DNA of 63,998 nt, filler included, from Candidatus Babelota bacterium (GCA_017999075.1; 8 parts of 8 records of this genome joined end to end with filler, not necessarily neighbours in it); one strand, 5' to 3'. Shown: positions 39,035 through 51,300, counted from the first letter of the whole stretch. The notes: generated by a model from the sequence alone, not told the origin. Numbers and translations are program-made.

Positions 39035-41902
39035 TTAAAGGATTGAAAATTTGTTATTGTTAAATTTTGCTTTTTGATTTTTAACTGACTTTTCGATTTT
39101 TTTCAGCTCATACGTCCATCCTAACCTTTTTGCCGCTTCAAAACTTCGGTTTAAAATTTTTTCTGATTTTATTTTTTGACCTATCCTGGAAAGATAAGCG
39201 GCATATTCGTAAAGCGCAGGTATCAGGGTTTCATTGAAATCAGACTTTTCAGCTATTGAAATAGCGTTGTTGAAATAAGTGTCAGGATTAAAATCCAATC
39301 CTGTAAGTTCAAATATTTTTTTGGATCGTTCGTCTTTTGAAAATTCCGGAACAGCATTCGCCAGCATTGCTGAGGCAAGATGAGTTCTACCGTACAGTAC
39401 GTCATTTCCGCCGAGTTTGGAAATTGTAATAAACGATTTATAAATAAAATCAACCGCTTTACAATATAATTTGAGTTTGACATAACAATACGCAAGATAT
39501 CCGTATCGCGCTCCGATCATATTTATTATGCCTGTTTTTTCGCCGATTCTAACTGATTCAGATAAGTATTTAGCAGCATTTTTATAATCTGACTGATAAA
39601 TATAAACAAGCGCTTTTGCATAGGCCAACCAATAAAATTGTGATTCGTTTTTAGTGTGGTTGCATATTGAATAAGCTTTGTCAAGAGCTGTATGCGCAAT
39701 ATCGAATTTGCATAGCATGCCGTTAATATTAGCAATCTGGTTTAGTGAAGATGAAATTTGAACAGCGTCTCCGAGTTCCTCTGCTATTTCAAGCGATTTA
39801 TTGTAATTTTCAAGAGCTGAAAAAAGTTTGCCCTGAAGTATATTCACATCGCTGATTTTATTAAGTACATAGCAGATATCGCGTTTTCTACCGAGTTTTT
39901 CAGATATTTCAAGTGAGCCGTGATAATAAAACAGAGCTTTATTATAATCAATCAGATTATAATGAAAAATAAATCCGAATGAACGAAGACAGATCAATAT
40001 GCCGTAATCAAAATTTATATTTTTGAAAATTTTAAGAGTCCGGTCATAATATTTCTGAGCTTGCGCATAATCAGCTTTTATCTCGTAATAAGCATAACCC
40101 AAACTGAAAGTATTCCATCCGAGATTAATTTTATCATTAAGAACTCTGCAAATTTTAAGAGAATGGCTATAATAATCTACAGCAGAATCAAAATCACCTC
40201 TATCCATATAAATAATACCGAGATGCCTGAGCGCATTGCTTATTTCAGTATTAACTTTAATTTTTTTAGAAAAATTTATTATTTCAATAAATTCTTTTTC
40301 GGCTTCTTTGAGCAGACTTTTTTTCCAATAAACTATTCCGAGAATATTTTTTAATTTTAATTCAATCTGAAGGTCATTTTTATTTTTAATAAGTTTTAAT
40401 CCTCTTTTTACAGTTTCAATGGCTTTATCAAAAGCTCCGATATTTTCGTAAATATCAGCCTGAATGATATTTATATTCATTTTTTCAGAATCAGAATCGG
40501 AAAGTTCGTAAAGTCTGCTATAAACACGCAGGGCAATGTCCATTTTATAATTATCTCGGCTGAATTCGCCTGCTATATATAAATATTTTTTTGTTTGGAT
40601 AATGATGCCGGCTTTATCAAAATGATACGCTATTTCAAGAGCGAAGCGCTTATCATTTTTAAACATTTTTTCCATTGCAGATGCAGCTGTGAAATGCAGA
40701 GATTTAAGACGGGCTTTAAGCTGCATTGAATACGCAGCTTCGCGCAGCAGTATGTGCTTGAAAAGATAAATGAATTCAGAAAGTTCAGACCAGATATTTT
40801 CAGTCTTGCCGCTGATAACAATATCATTAATTCCGCCTATTCCATTATTAGCGTTATAATAATCGGTATTTGAATTATTTTTTTTTGAAATTCCTCGCGC
40901 CAGGATATTTATCATATTAGCTAAAATTGTAATATCAAATTCCCTGCCTATTACTGAAGCAACCTGCGTAATTTCCTTTAGTTCAGACGACAATCTGTCT
41001 ATACGTGAAATTATTAAAGACTGAATAGAGGAAGGAATTTCTATTTTTCCTTTAATAAGTCTGATTTTTTTTTCTTTTTTTCTTATTAAATTATTTTCCC
41101 TTAAATATGTGCAGATCTGTTCAATGTAGAAAGGATTGCCTTCTGACTTACGCAGAATAAATTGAAAAAGGTCATTATTGGGTTCAGCTTTAAGCTGAAT
41201 CCTGATCATTTCATTTACATTATTCTTATCAAAACTTTTTAACTCAAGATGATTTTGCCGTAATAAACCCGCGGGAAAAAGAACCGGTTTGGAACCGTCA
41301 TCGTTAAAGCGGGCAGTTGCAATTATCAGTAAATTAATTTTTTCAGGATTTGTTATCAGAATGTGTAAAAAATTTTTTGTATCTTCATCAATCCAATGAA
41401 AATCTTCAATCAGTAGAATCACAGGTTTTATAGCAGATTCCGCTTTTATCAGTTCTTTGACAGCATAAAGAGTATTTTCATAACGAGCTTGACTGTCTAA
41501 CTTATAATAAAGTGAATTTTCATAATAAATTCCGATTAATCCGGCTATTAATGATTTAGTCCTTATCAGTTCATCAGATAAATTTTTATAATAATCAATT
41601 TTACTTTTTGATAGTTCATTAATAATAAAAAAAAATTTTTTTTCGAAATTTTTTTTCTTTTCGGCATAATCTGAAATATTCGTCTGATCAAAATGTTTGT
41701 TCAAAAAATATACGACAGGATTAAGGCTGTTTTTCAGAATGCTGTCAGATTCCATAGTCAATAAACTCACACTGTCATTTATTTTTTCAATAAACTGCAA
41801 AGCAAGCTGAGATTTTCCCATTCCGGGCTCGCCGTAAATATTTACTTTACCGGCAAATTTATTTTCAAAAAGCGGTTTACTGAAATTTATAATATTATTT
41901 AA
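39035..41902 (-). CDS. STAND/AAA_16 ATPase with C-terminal TPRs (type often fused to an N-terminal adenylate/guanylate cyclase), probably 5' partial
   Basis: Walker A YGEPGMGKS spans the listed Met; Walker B LLIEDFHWID; GNPFY; SRIDRL; ASVIGREF; FKHILLREAAY; many TPRs. Confidence 0.88.
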   Translation of the reverse strand, partial: LNNIINFSKPLFENKFAGKVNIYGEPGMGKSQLALQFIEKINDSVSLLTMESDSILKNSLNPVVYFLNKHFDQTNISDYAEKKKNFEKKFFFIINELSKSKIDYYKNLSDELIRTKSLIAGLIGIYYENSLYYKLDSQARYENTLYAVKELIKAESAIKPVILLIEDFHWIDEDTKNFLHILITNPEKINLLIIATARFNDDGSKPVLFPAGLLRQNHLELKSFDKNNVNEMIRIQLKAEPNNDLFQFILRKSEGNPFYIEQICTYLRENNLIRKKEKKIRLIKGKIEIPSSIQSLIISRIDRLSSELKEITQVASVIGREFDITILANMINILARGISKKNNSNTDYYNANNGIGGINDIVISGKTENIWSELSEFIYLFKHILLREAAYSMQLKARLKSLHFTAASAMEKMFKNDKRFALEIAYHFDKAGIIIQTKKYLYIAGEFSRDNYKMDIALRVYSRLYELSDSDSEKMNINIIQADIYENIGAFDKAIETVKRGLKLIKNKNDLQIELKLKNILGIVYWKKSLLKEAEKEFIEIINFSKKIKVNTEISNALRHLGIIYMDRGDFDSAVDYYSHSLKICRVLNDKINLGWNTFSLGYAYYEIKADYAQAQKYYDRTLKIFKNINFDYGILICLRSFGFIFHYNLIDYNKALFYYHGSLEISEKLGRKRDICYVLNKISDVNILQGKLFSALENYNKSLEIAEELGDAVQISSSLNQIANINGMLCKFDIAHTALDKAYSICNHTKNESQFYWLAYAKALVYIYQSDYKNAAKYLSESVRIGEKTGIINMIGARYGYLAYCYVKLKLYCKAVDFIYKSFITISKLGGNDVLYGRTHLASAMLANAVPEFSKDERSKKIFELTGLDFNPDTYFNNAISIAEKSDFNETLIPALYEYAAYLSRIGQKIKSEKILNRSFEAAKRLGWTYELKKIEKSVKNQKAKFNNNKFSIL

Positions 41903-41907
41903 TTAAT

Positions 41908-42007
41908 NNNNNNNNNNNNNNNNNNNNNNNNNNNNNNNNNNNNNNNNNNNNTTAATTAATTAANNNNNNNNNNNNNNNNNNNNNNNNNNNNNNNNNNNNN
42001 NNNNNNN
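41908..42007. other. Artificial contig linker
   Basis: N-run/TTAATTAATTAA/N-run. Confidence 0.99.
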
Positions 42008-44468
42008 TTGTCAAATCATTATGAACCTGAGTCAAATCATTTTTTGTTATATCCTGGGCAAGCAATCCCACAAAACTCGAAATTGTTATAAGAGGACTCC
42101 TTAAATCATGAGATACAGTATAAACAAATCTCTCCATTTCAGCATTTTTAATTTCAAGTTCATTTATCAATTTTTCACGTTCATGTTCAATTTTTTTTCT
42201 ATCTGTAATATCATTGAATAAAACAGCAAACTGATATTTTTCAGGAGAAAAAGCTATACATTCATAATATTTTTCTAATGCAGCAGAATAATTTTCAAAA
42301 ATTATATGATTTCCGGTTAATGCAACTTTCCCGTATGTTTCAATCCAATATTTTTCTGTTAAAGGAAGCGCCTCAGTGACGGTTTTTCCTATAATATCTT
42401 TTTTTTTCAAACCTGTTAATCTTTCAAATGGCTCGTTTATTTCTATAAACCTATAATCAACAGGATTTTCATTTTCATCGCAAATAATAGTATGTAAAGC
42501 AAAACCGCTTGACATATTTTCGAATAAAAGCCGGTATTTTTTTTCACTTTCTCTTGCTGCTTTTTCAGCTTGAATATGTTCAGTAATATCTCGCGCAGCA
42601 GCATATATCATATTTTTTTTATATGGAGTCGATCTCCATTCTATAAATTTATATGATCCGTCAAAACACCTGTATCTGTTTATAAAATTTATTATATCTT
42701 CTCCTTCTTCCAGTTTTTTTATTGATGAATAAGTTGCCGGCAAATCATCAGGATGAATAAAATCAATAAATTTTTTTGACAATAATTCTTTTTCATCATA
42801 TCCAAGAACTGCTTTCCAAGCTGGATTCAACCGTTTAAAAAACCCATTAAAATCAGCAATACACATTAAATCAAGAGACAGATTGAAAAATCTGTCAAGT
42901 TCGTCTGTTTTTTCTTTAAGCGCCTGTTCTCTTTCTATCCGATCTCTTATATCGCGAACTGCTATCAACAACAGCTTTTTATCATCCAGAGCAAAAATCC
43001 GAGCAGTAATTTCAACAGGAAACACAAATCCATTTTTGTCTTTATGATAGCGGATACGGATAAATTCCAGCTGTTCGGAATTTTTGATTCTATATTCGGT
43101 TTTTTCAGGTTCATTCGACAATTGAAAAGCAGGCATACCGATCAATTCATCTTTAGAATATTTATATAAATCGGTTGCCGCATTATTTGCTTCAATAATT
43201 TTCAATGAATCCATATCTATCAAAATAATAGCATCTGATTCTGACTCAAAAAGAAGCCTGTATTTTTTTTCGCTTATTGACAATTCGATTTCTTTCCGTT
43301 TTAATTTTTTACCATTTATTACAATGACGAATATTACTATAATAAGCGCCAATATTATAAAAATAAATGGAAATATATATTTGAAATGCCTATCAAACCA
43401 CTTAGGCATTTTATTTATTATCACGCTGTTTTCAGGCAATTCAGATTCGTTTATTTTCCACCGCTTAAGCTCGTTGAAGTTAAACATAAATTTGTTTATA
43501 CTTTCCGTGAATACAGGAATATCTTCAATTTTCATTCCTGAAAAATATTTCAAAGTGAGTTCTGCCGCTTTTCTTCCCTGCAGTTCAGGATCGTTTAATT
43601 TACCTCCTACTGTTCCATATCTGAACATCATGATGTAAGGAGAATAAACAGGTCTTGATGCATTCCTGCATATCAAAGGTATAACAATATCCTGATCTAT
43701 GTACCCATTCCTGTCATTAAAAAAATCAGCAAGATAAATAGCTGTATTATTGTCAAGATTCTTGATTTCATTTATAAGTTCGTCTAATGTCAAGCCCTTG
43801 TTTTCTCTGTCTATAAAAACAAATTTTAATTTTTGATAATATTTTTTTTCAAGCTGCTCCAAAAGTAACCTGTTATTTTTACCGTTTGTCGTCAAATCTG
43901 TTATAACAGCCAATCTTTTTACATCAGGATGAATTTTTATTATAGAATCTATAGTTTCTTCAATATCCAGAATTTCCATAACTCCTGTTATAGATTTTCC
44001 TTTCAATATCGAATAATCAAAAGGTTTGTTGACCCCGCAAAAAACTATAGGAATATCTTTTCCGAAAATCTCAGTTCTGCAGGATTTCATAAAATTCAGA
44101 GCGTCATCATCTACAGTTATAATTAAATCAGGTTTTTGCGCAGAAAATTTTATACTTAAATATTTTTTATATTGAGAAAAATATGTGTTGAAAAAATCAT
44201 TTAGAAACCGTTTGGTGTCTAAAAATTCATAGAAATACTCGGCATTAAAATTATGCTCTGAAAAAACTTCCAGCATTCCTTTATCAACTGAATGTACCCA
44301 CCAGAATTCAGGATGATAAGAATGAATAATCATTATTTTTTTTCTGGGAAAAGTTCCGGCAGGCAAGTTATCTGCTGATAAACAATACGAGCTGCAAAAC
44401 AAAAATATATAAGTTACAAACAAAAAAAATATATATTTTGATATATTATCTTTAAGTTTTATTGTCAT
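42008..44468 (-). CDS. Sensor histidine kinase (ABC substrate-binding-like periplasmic domain, TM, three PAS, HisKA), 3' partial
   Basis: IHSYH, PIVFCGVN, TGVME; TM segment; PAS ends RDIRDR, RDITE, NDITDRK; H-box VSHDLRSPL. Confidence 0.9.
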
Positions 44469-44482
44469 TTATGATATTAAGA

Positions 44483-46009
44483 TTATATCTTTGAAATTAT
44501 ATTTTTAATTTCCAATAAATCAAACGGTTTTTTTAAAAAAGAACATATTTCAGGCTGCTGAAGATTTTTTTCAGATAAATTCAAGTCTCCGGACATAACT
44601 ATTATTTTTACATTTTCATTATTCCGTACTATTTTTTTGCATAATTCAAATCCCTTTATCCCGGGCATATTTATATCAAGAAAAATCACGTCAAATCTGC
44701 AATCAGAAGTTACACTTAACGCTTTTTCTACTGTATCTGCCGTAGTGACATTCTGATATCCTATTTTGTTTAAAAGACGTTTGAAGATTTTCAATAATTG
44801 CAATTCATCATCAATAATAAGTATTTTTAAATTAGTATTTTTAACTGGAGGAATATGATTTTTTCTATTATTTTTCAATGATTCCTGATAACAGTTATTC
44901 TCAATTTCTGCAGACGGCAAAGTTACACATACTTTTGTGCCAACTCCGCATTCACTCGTCAATACAATTTTCCCAGAATATTGTTCAATAATTTTTTGTG
45001 AAACCGAAAGACCAAGTCCTGTGCCTTTTATCCCAAAATCATCAGTTGCAAAAGCTCCTTTTGTCGTAAAAAAAGGAGTGAATATTTTTTTCAAATTTTC
45101 TTTGGATATTCCTATCCCATCATCTGTAATATAAATTTTCACATTGTTACTTTCGTCTGCTGTACATATTTTTATTGAACCTTCTCCTTTAGGTTTTATG
45201 GCATGCCTCGCATTTATAATCAAATTCAGAAAAACCTGCTGCATCTGCCCTGGATCAACTTCAACTTTAAATTTACTCCTAAACTTTTTTATAATTTTTA
45301 TATTTTCAATTTCAAACTGTTTTTTCTGAATTTCAATAATATCATCTATAACATCATTGATTTGTATATTTTCTGTCTTTGCAGGCTGAGGCCTGGAAAA
45401 TGTTAAAAGCTGCAAAACTATATTTTTTGCCCGATCTACTTGATTTTCTATTATTTCAAAATTTTCTCTTGTTTCATAATTTTCAAATTTTTCAGTTTCA
45501 TTTATAACATGCACGCTAGTCTTTATTATTGATAAAATATTATTAAATTCATGAGCTATACCTGCCGTAAGCTGACCCACAGCGCTTAACTTTTCAGATT
45601 GAATTAATTGTTTTTCTAAGTTTTTGCTCAAAGCAATATTTTCCCATTCTCTCATTGAACGTAAAATAAAATAACTGATTTCATTAAAATTCTCAGGAGA
45701 TTTAACCATATAATTGAACGCTCCAGCTTTCATGGATTGAACCGCAATTTCTTCACTTCCGAAGCTGGTCATTATTATTACAGGTATTTCACTAAATTGA
45801 TTAACTATATCCATTCCGCTTCCGTCAGGAAGTCTCATATCGCAAAGTATGATATCAGGTTTGCTTAAATTATATTCTTCGACAGCTTTACATACTGAAT
45901 CAGTTCTTATTACGTTTATATTCGAGGATTTATTTTTTATACTTCTATTAATAATTTCATAATGTTCTTCATCATCTTCAATCAAAAGTAAGTTTATAGT
46001 TCTGTCCAT
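44483..46009 (-). CDS. Hybrid REC-histidine kinase-REC protein
   Basis: LIEDD...DMRLPDG; AGIAHEFNN; NLIINA; DDGIG; FFTTK; GTGLGL; C-terminal IIDDE...LDINMP...KPF. Confidence 0.93.
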   Translation of the reverse strand: MDRTINLLLIEDDEEHYEIINRSIKNKSSNINVIRTDSVCKAVEEYNLSKPDIILCDMRLPDGSGMDIVNQFSEIPVIIMTSFGSEEIAVQSMKAGAFNYMVKSPENFNEISYFILRSMREWENIALSKNLEKQLIQSEKLSAVGQLTAGIAHEFNNILSIIKTSVHVINETEKFENYETRENFEIIENQVDRAKNIVLQLLTFSRPQPAKTENIQINDVIDDIIEIQKKQFEIENIKIIKKFRSKFKVEVDPGQMQQVFLNLIINARHAIKPKGEGSIKICTADESNNVKIYITDDGIGISKENLKKIFTPFFTTKGAFATDDFGIKGTGLGLSVSQKIIEQYSGKIVLTSECGVGTKVCVTLPSAEIENNCYQESLKNNRKNHIPPVKNTNLKILIIDDELQLLKIFKRLLNKIGYQNVTTADTVEKALSVTSDCRFDVIFLDINMPGIKGFELCKKIVRNNENVKIIVMSGDLNLSEKNLQQPEICSFLKKPFDLLEIKNIISKI

Positions 46010-46025
46010 AATATAATCTTTATAA

Positions 46026-46466
46026 TCAAAACGGTGCTTTATTCCAAATCAACCAGTAGTATCCTAAATTTTCCATCAACTTCACAAATTTATCGTATTC
46101 AAGAGGTTTCACAATATAACTATTAACTGAATTAGTATAAGCCTTTGTAACATCCGCTTCCGCATCTGAAGAAGTTAAAATTATTACAGGAATTTGTTTT
46201 AATTTATCATCGTTTTTTATATTTCTTAATACTTCTATTCCATCAATCTTAGGAAGTCTTAAATCCAAAAGTATGATATTTGGAGTGGGGTATTTAGTCT
46301 TATCTGAATATTCATTTTTTTCAAACAAATAATTCAATGCTTTTTCTCCATCATCAACATGAAATAACTTATTTGAAATTCTATGGGTTTTAAAAGTCCT
46401 GAAAACTATTTCTGCATGATCTTCATTATCTTCAACAAGCAATATAGTCAAACTTTCTCCATTCAT
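46026..46466 (-). CDS. Single-domain response regulator (Rcp1-like)
   Basis: LLVEDN, LLDLRLPKIDG, LTSS, NSYIVKP, YYW tail. Confidence 0.92.
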   Translation of the reverse strand: MNGESLTILLVEDNEDHAEIVFRTFKTHRISNKLFHVDDGEKALNYLFEKNEYSDKTKYPTPNIILLDLRLPKIDGIEVLRNIKNDDKLKQIPVIILTSSDAEADVTKAYTNSVNSYIVKPLEYDKFVKLMENLGYYWLIWNKAPF

Positions 46467-46608
46467 AATATCAATGTACCACCTTCTTCTAAAAAAATCA
46501 TAAAATTTTCAAAATATTTGGATACATTTATCTTATGCTTCATAATTTTAATAGCCATCAATATTTCATGTTATTTTCAATAATTAAGCATTTTTGTATT
46601 TTTAAGCA

Positions 46609-46643
46609 TTTATATATTATGACATATATTTTGTCAATGTCAA
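46609..46643 (-). promoter_or_regulatory. Putative overlapping sigma70 promoters of the phosphorelay operon
   Basis: Tandem TTGACA-TTGACA on the minus strand, pairing with TATAAA (17-nt spacer) and CATAAT (16-nt spacer). Confidence 0.4.
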
Positions 46644-46702
46644 TATTATTCTTAAATTCAGAAAATATCAATGCAATTATGCCTGATCTTAAAATTATAT
46701 TA

Positions 46703-47131
46703 TTATTTCACTTTTGCAAACGATTTACCTGATTCCTGTTGCGATGAAGGTTCAGACAAATGAGCTAAAACCAATTTCCATTTTTTATTTTTATTTTCTA
46801 AAACACAAGTATATCTGTATTGATAAACATTTTTTTCTTTTTTTATTCTAACAATATAAGTTACATAACCTGAAACCCAGGCAGTGTTCGAATTATTTTC
46901 AAGATGTACAAATTTTATCGAACATTTCAATTCATCAACTTGCGAAAAATCTCTGGTCAAACCTTTTTTTAAATCTTTCAAATTTTTCGCAATTTCATCT
47001 TTTCCTGAACCAAACATAAAAAATTTTTCATCTACGCATTCAATGCTTTTCTCTATATTTTTTAAGGAATACGCGTCAAACATTTCTGTCAAAACTTTTT
47101 TAATTTCTTTCTGAATTTTCAAATCAGCCAT
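46703..47131 (-). CDS. SnoaL-like / NTF2-fold protein
   Basis: FGSGKDE, AWV, RYTCVL...WKLVLAHLS.P; GGAGG RBS before ATG 47131. Confidence 0.85.
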   Translation of the reverse strand: MADLKIQKEIKKVLTEMFDAYSLKNIEKSIECVDEKFFMFGSGKDEIAKNLKDLKKGLTRDFSQVDELKCSIKFVHLENNSNTAWVSGYVTYIVRIKKEKNVYQYRYTCVLENKNKKWKLVLAHLSEPSSQQESGKSFAKVK

Positions 47132-47198
47132 TATACGAACCTCCAAATTTTTTCAAAATAAAACCACAAATAAACACCGGATATTTTCGGCAAACTGA

Positions 47199-48272
47199 TT
47201 ACTTTTCAAGTTGATATATTATTTTTTTTCCGCATTCAGGGCAAAAACGCAGGTTATATTCTGCAAAATACGGCTTCAAATACTTACCGCAATTCTGACA
47301 ATATGCCGGTTTCATAAAAGATCTCCAGTTTTCATCCTGAATTTGTTCAGCCTCTATATTTTTTTCTTTTAAGCCAAATTGATACTGCAGAGTCAAATTA
47401 TGCATACTATCCAGATCATTATAAGGAACAAAAGCATAATCAAATTCCATACGGGAATATTTTAACCCAAACCCTATACTTATTTTTTTAGAAGCTTCAT
47501 TCAGTCCATCATATCCCAAACATACAGCAAGAGTATTTTTATATTTCCACTCAATACCTGATTGTATTCCAAAATTATCATAATACGTTTTAACAAAATC
47601 AAAATTAAAATCAAAATTATCCAAAATCGGACAACTGAACCCAATCCGGTATGTCCGCGGCAAATTTTCATCTTTTGACATATATTTCAATTTACTGCCG
47701 AGATTCAATATTGAAAATCCGGTTCTGATATTTTCATCAAATAATGAAAACTCTTTTTGTACCCCGAAATCAACAGCTACTGCATTTGCAGAATATTCGG
47801 CAAGCCGGCTTTTTATATATTTAAAACTGATTCCACTATTAAACCATCTATGTAATGAATATCCGTAACTGACAGCAGCGCAAATATCCTGAGCAGAAAA
47901 GTTTCCTAATATCTGATCGAATCCTGTATAAGTTGTTCTATCGAATTTTCCATAATCAAGATACTGTATATAGACTCCAAGATTTTTCCATTGATAACCC
48001 AAATAATGATGACTTATATTTTCAAAATATGAAGAATATGAAAAACCAATTTTTGAAACCGAATTATCCGCTATACTTGCAGGATTGTATTTCAAAGCAA
48101 ACAAACCGTAATTACTGGATGTCATTGCATTGCCTAAACTGATTGATTTTGCTCCTGCTCCAAGCAATAAAAAATTGCCTGAAACACGTCCTCCTTCAGC
48201 TTCCGCATTTATTTTCCCGGCGCTTAATATTATCGCTGAAAAAATGATTAAAAATATATTAAACCTTTTCAT
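47199..48272 (-). CDS. PorV/PorQ-family (FadL-like) outer-membrane beta-barrel with a C-terminal zinc-ribbon extension
   Basis: Signal peptide; FLLLGAGAKSISLGNA; YNPA; AVDFG; NLG; LPRTYRIG; DYAFVPY; tail CQNC..CPEC; GGAG RBS. Confidence 0.8.
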   Translation of the reverse strand: MKRFNIFLIIFSAIILSAGKINAEAEGGRVSGNFLLLGAGAKSISLGNAMTSSNYGLFALKYNPASIADNSVSKIGFSYSSYFENISHHYLGYQWKNLGVYIQYLDYGKFDRTTYTGFDQILGNFSAQDICAAVSYGYSLHRWFNSGISFKYIKSRLAEYSANAVAVDFGVQKEFSLFDENIRTGFSILNLGSKLKYMSKDENLPRTYRIGFSCPILDNFDFNFDFVKTYYDNFGIQSGIEWKYKNTLAVCLGYDGLNEASKKISIGFGLKYSRMEFDYAFVPYNDLDSMHNLTLQYQFGLKEKNIEAEQIQDENWRSFMKPAYCQNCGKYLKPYFAEYNLRFCPECGKKIIYQLEK

Positions 48273-48338
48273 AATCTCCATTAATAAAAAGAAGTTTTTA
48301 AAAACTTCCAAAATTCAAAATATTTTATTTTTTGAGAA

Positions 48339-51300
48339 TTATCTTACAATAACAAACTTACCCGTCTTTTTCCCGCCTGCCTGAGCAGTGACTACAAATA
48401 TATACACACCTGAAGAAACCTCCTGCCCTTGATCATTCTTAGCATCCCATTGCGCTACATCTGTTGAATTATTCAATTCCCTGTCAACTACTTTCCTTCC
48501 GTCAACTGTATAAATTTTCAAGTGTGAATTTACTGCTAATCCAGAAAATATTATTCCTGAATTTACATTGCCATCCTGATAGGGAATACCATTTTCACTA
48601 ACGTTATCATACGGCACAAACGGATTAGGTATTACAACAACATTATTTAAATCCTGAACTGCTGCTCCGCCGAATAATGTGAACAGCGAAAAATGTTTTA
48701 CATATCCGGTAATAATATTTTTTTCTGTATCTATCGATTTAGTTTCTAATTGTTCCCACACATTATTCGTTCCATATGTCCATATTAACATATCTTTTTC
48801 TTTAATTGAGGTTCCGTCAATAATACCATTATTATCCAAATCATTATATGCGATTGTCAACTCCAGCGGATTAGTATCATAAATTTTTACAGAGGTATCG
48901 GAAAAACTTATCTGCAATATTCCAGAAGCGCGCATTTTATCAATTTTACCTAATGCCAGTTTTACAATTTCTGTATCAGGTTTAATTACTTCCATTTGGA
49001 CAACAGCATTTGTATCAATAGAATTTTTCGGAACAGACAATGCTCCCGAAACATTATTAAAATTATCTTCAGTTGAAACTGCAGTCAATGAAACTTCATT
49101 ATTCTTACCCATATTCACTTTTTCCGCGACAATAGGCAAACCATCATCTTTAACATTTTTTTTTGAATCAGCATCAGCATGATTTATTTCAATAGTAATC
49201 TGAGGCGGACTTTGATCAATCTTATCATCAACATCCGTTGCTACTGCCCGCAGATCATAAAAGCCGTCAGGAAACACTGTAAAATCTGTTAACACAAAAT
49301 ACGGACTGTTATTATCAGGGTTATTAGAGCTGTTATTTGTTTTTGTCGGAACAATGTCAACCCATACAGAATCAGCAGTTGGTTTCATTTGAAAAGTAAT
49401 GAATTTAACCCTGTCTGTTTTAAACTTTTTATCTGCACCTAACAATAAAATTTCAAATGAATCGGATTGACTGTACTGACTTATTATTTTTGTATAGCAG
49501 TAATAACCATTTATAATTCTGTCATAACTCAGCATATATTCCTGCTGTCCTGTTATATTATATTGAATCAGTCTGTTTACCATTACTTTATTAGGATCAA
49601 TCTCTTTGGTATAAACATTGATATACAGCATACTGTTTAAAATAGATGTTTCAATATAATCAACAGGATTGCCCATTAACGAATTATTAAAATTATTATG
49701 AATTTCAGTAATGTAATCTTTTGTAGATTCAAATATTGCCGAATCACTGCTGCTGTACATATCTGCCATAACATTAACGCTGTTGCCGCTGATTTTTTGT
49801 CCAGCCTGCGGATGTTTGATATACGCATGAAGTTCAGTTTCAACGCTCTCAACAGGCTGCGGGGTAATGCTTACACTGTTCACGTTTTTTTCTTCAATCC
49901 CGTTTTCATCTGCTGCTCTGACGGAAAAATTATATTGAATATTTATTTGAAGGTTATTCAGATAATAATTATATAGATCTGTTGTATCAGAATTTCTGTT
50001 AATAAACCCTATTGGAGAAGAATAATCAATTATTCCTGTTCCGCTATCCCAATAAATTTTATACATCACAACATTCTGAGACAATGATTTTTCAAAACTC
50101 AATAAAGCATTGCCATGACCATAATCCTGAATCTTAAGATTGCTTGGAGGCATAATCAAAACAGGAAGATCATTTTTCAAATATTTTATTTCATAAATTA
50201 CACTTTCAATCAATCCCCTTGCATCTATCACTGAAATTATTACAGTATCAACGTCAGCATCACCAATATTTACTGCATCAAATGAAATTGTACAAACAGA
50301 ATTTGATTTTATAACAACAGCTTCAATAAAATCAGTATCTGTTACTGTAATATTCAAGGATGCAAATGTATCACTTGGATCATAATCAAATATCTGTGTA
50401 TCAGTAAGTATAAGTTCAAACGTATCATTATTTTCATAAATAATCACTGAAGTATCCGTAAGATATATGTATGGAGTTTCATTAATATTATCTATATAAA
50501 ATGTTTCGGAAGTATTGGTAATTCCTTCTGTTTCTGTCCATATTCCGCCATCAAATCCTTTTATTGTCAGTTTATATATCCCATCATTATAATTTTGAGT
50601 GTTCCATAAATATGTGCAGGAAAGACCGTCATCAGAATAAGTATATACGCCATTTGTCCAGGAACCTGCGTTCATTGAATCTCCTTCACATAAGAGAGTC
50701 CATTCACCGTTATTAAATTTATAGTATATAGAATATCTTTGTATAGTGCTACTGTCAGGGTCGAATGCTGACCAGTTTATATAATTTAATCCTGTCTTTA
50801 TCCCATTATATAATAATGTATCAAATGAGTTCAATAAAATTACAGGAGGCTCTTCAGGAACAATTAAAACAAAATCTATGCGCATTGACAAAGGATTTGT
50901 TTCATATCCGTCATACGCCCAAACTTTAATATATATTGTATCTCCAATATTTTTGATTCCGGAATAATAAATTTGATTTACGTCTGTTTCTCCATAACTA
51001 ACAAGTTCAATTGCCCCTGTTGTTTCGCGGTACCATTCATAATAATACTGTGCGTTATCAATAATATCTGAATCAGACCACCCATATATGTCCGCTGAAA
51101 TATACTCGTTTTCAAATGCATAGTCAGGCAATGACACACTGCTTATTATAGGCAAATCGTTTATTCCGGTTATATTCACTGTATAAGCAATAGAATCTGA
51201 TAGACCATAGCAGTCTGTAACTGTAATGTATACTGTATCTATTCCATATTCATTAGAAATAAGATCAAATTTCAATGTATCGGATGAATTCCCGTATGTA

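Noticed and set aside
39035-41902. Avs-type antiphage STAND system
   Set aside because: The motifs fit the cyclase-associated AAA_16-TPR signalling class, and no effector domain or defence context is visible.
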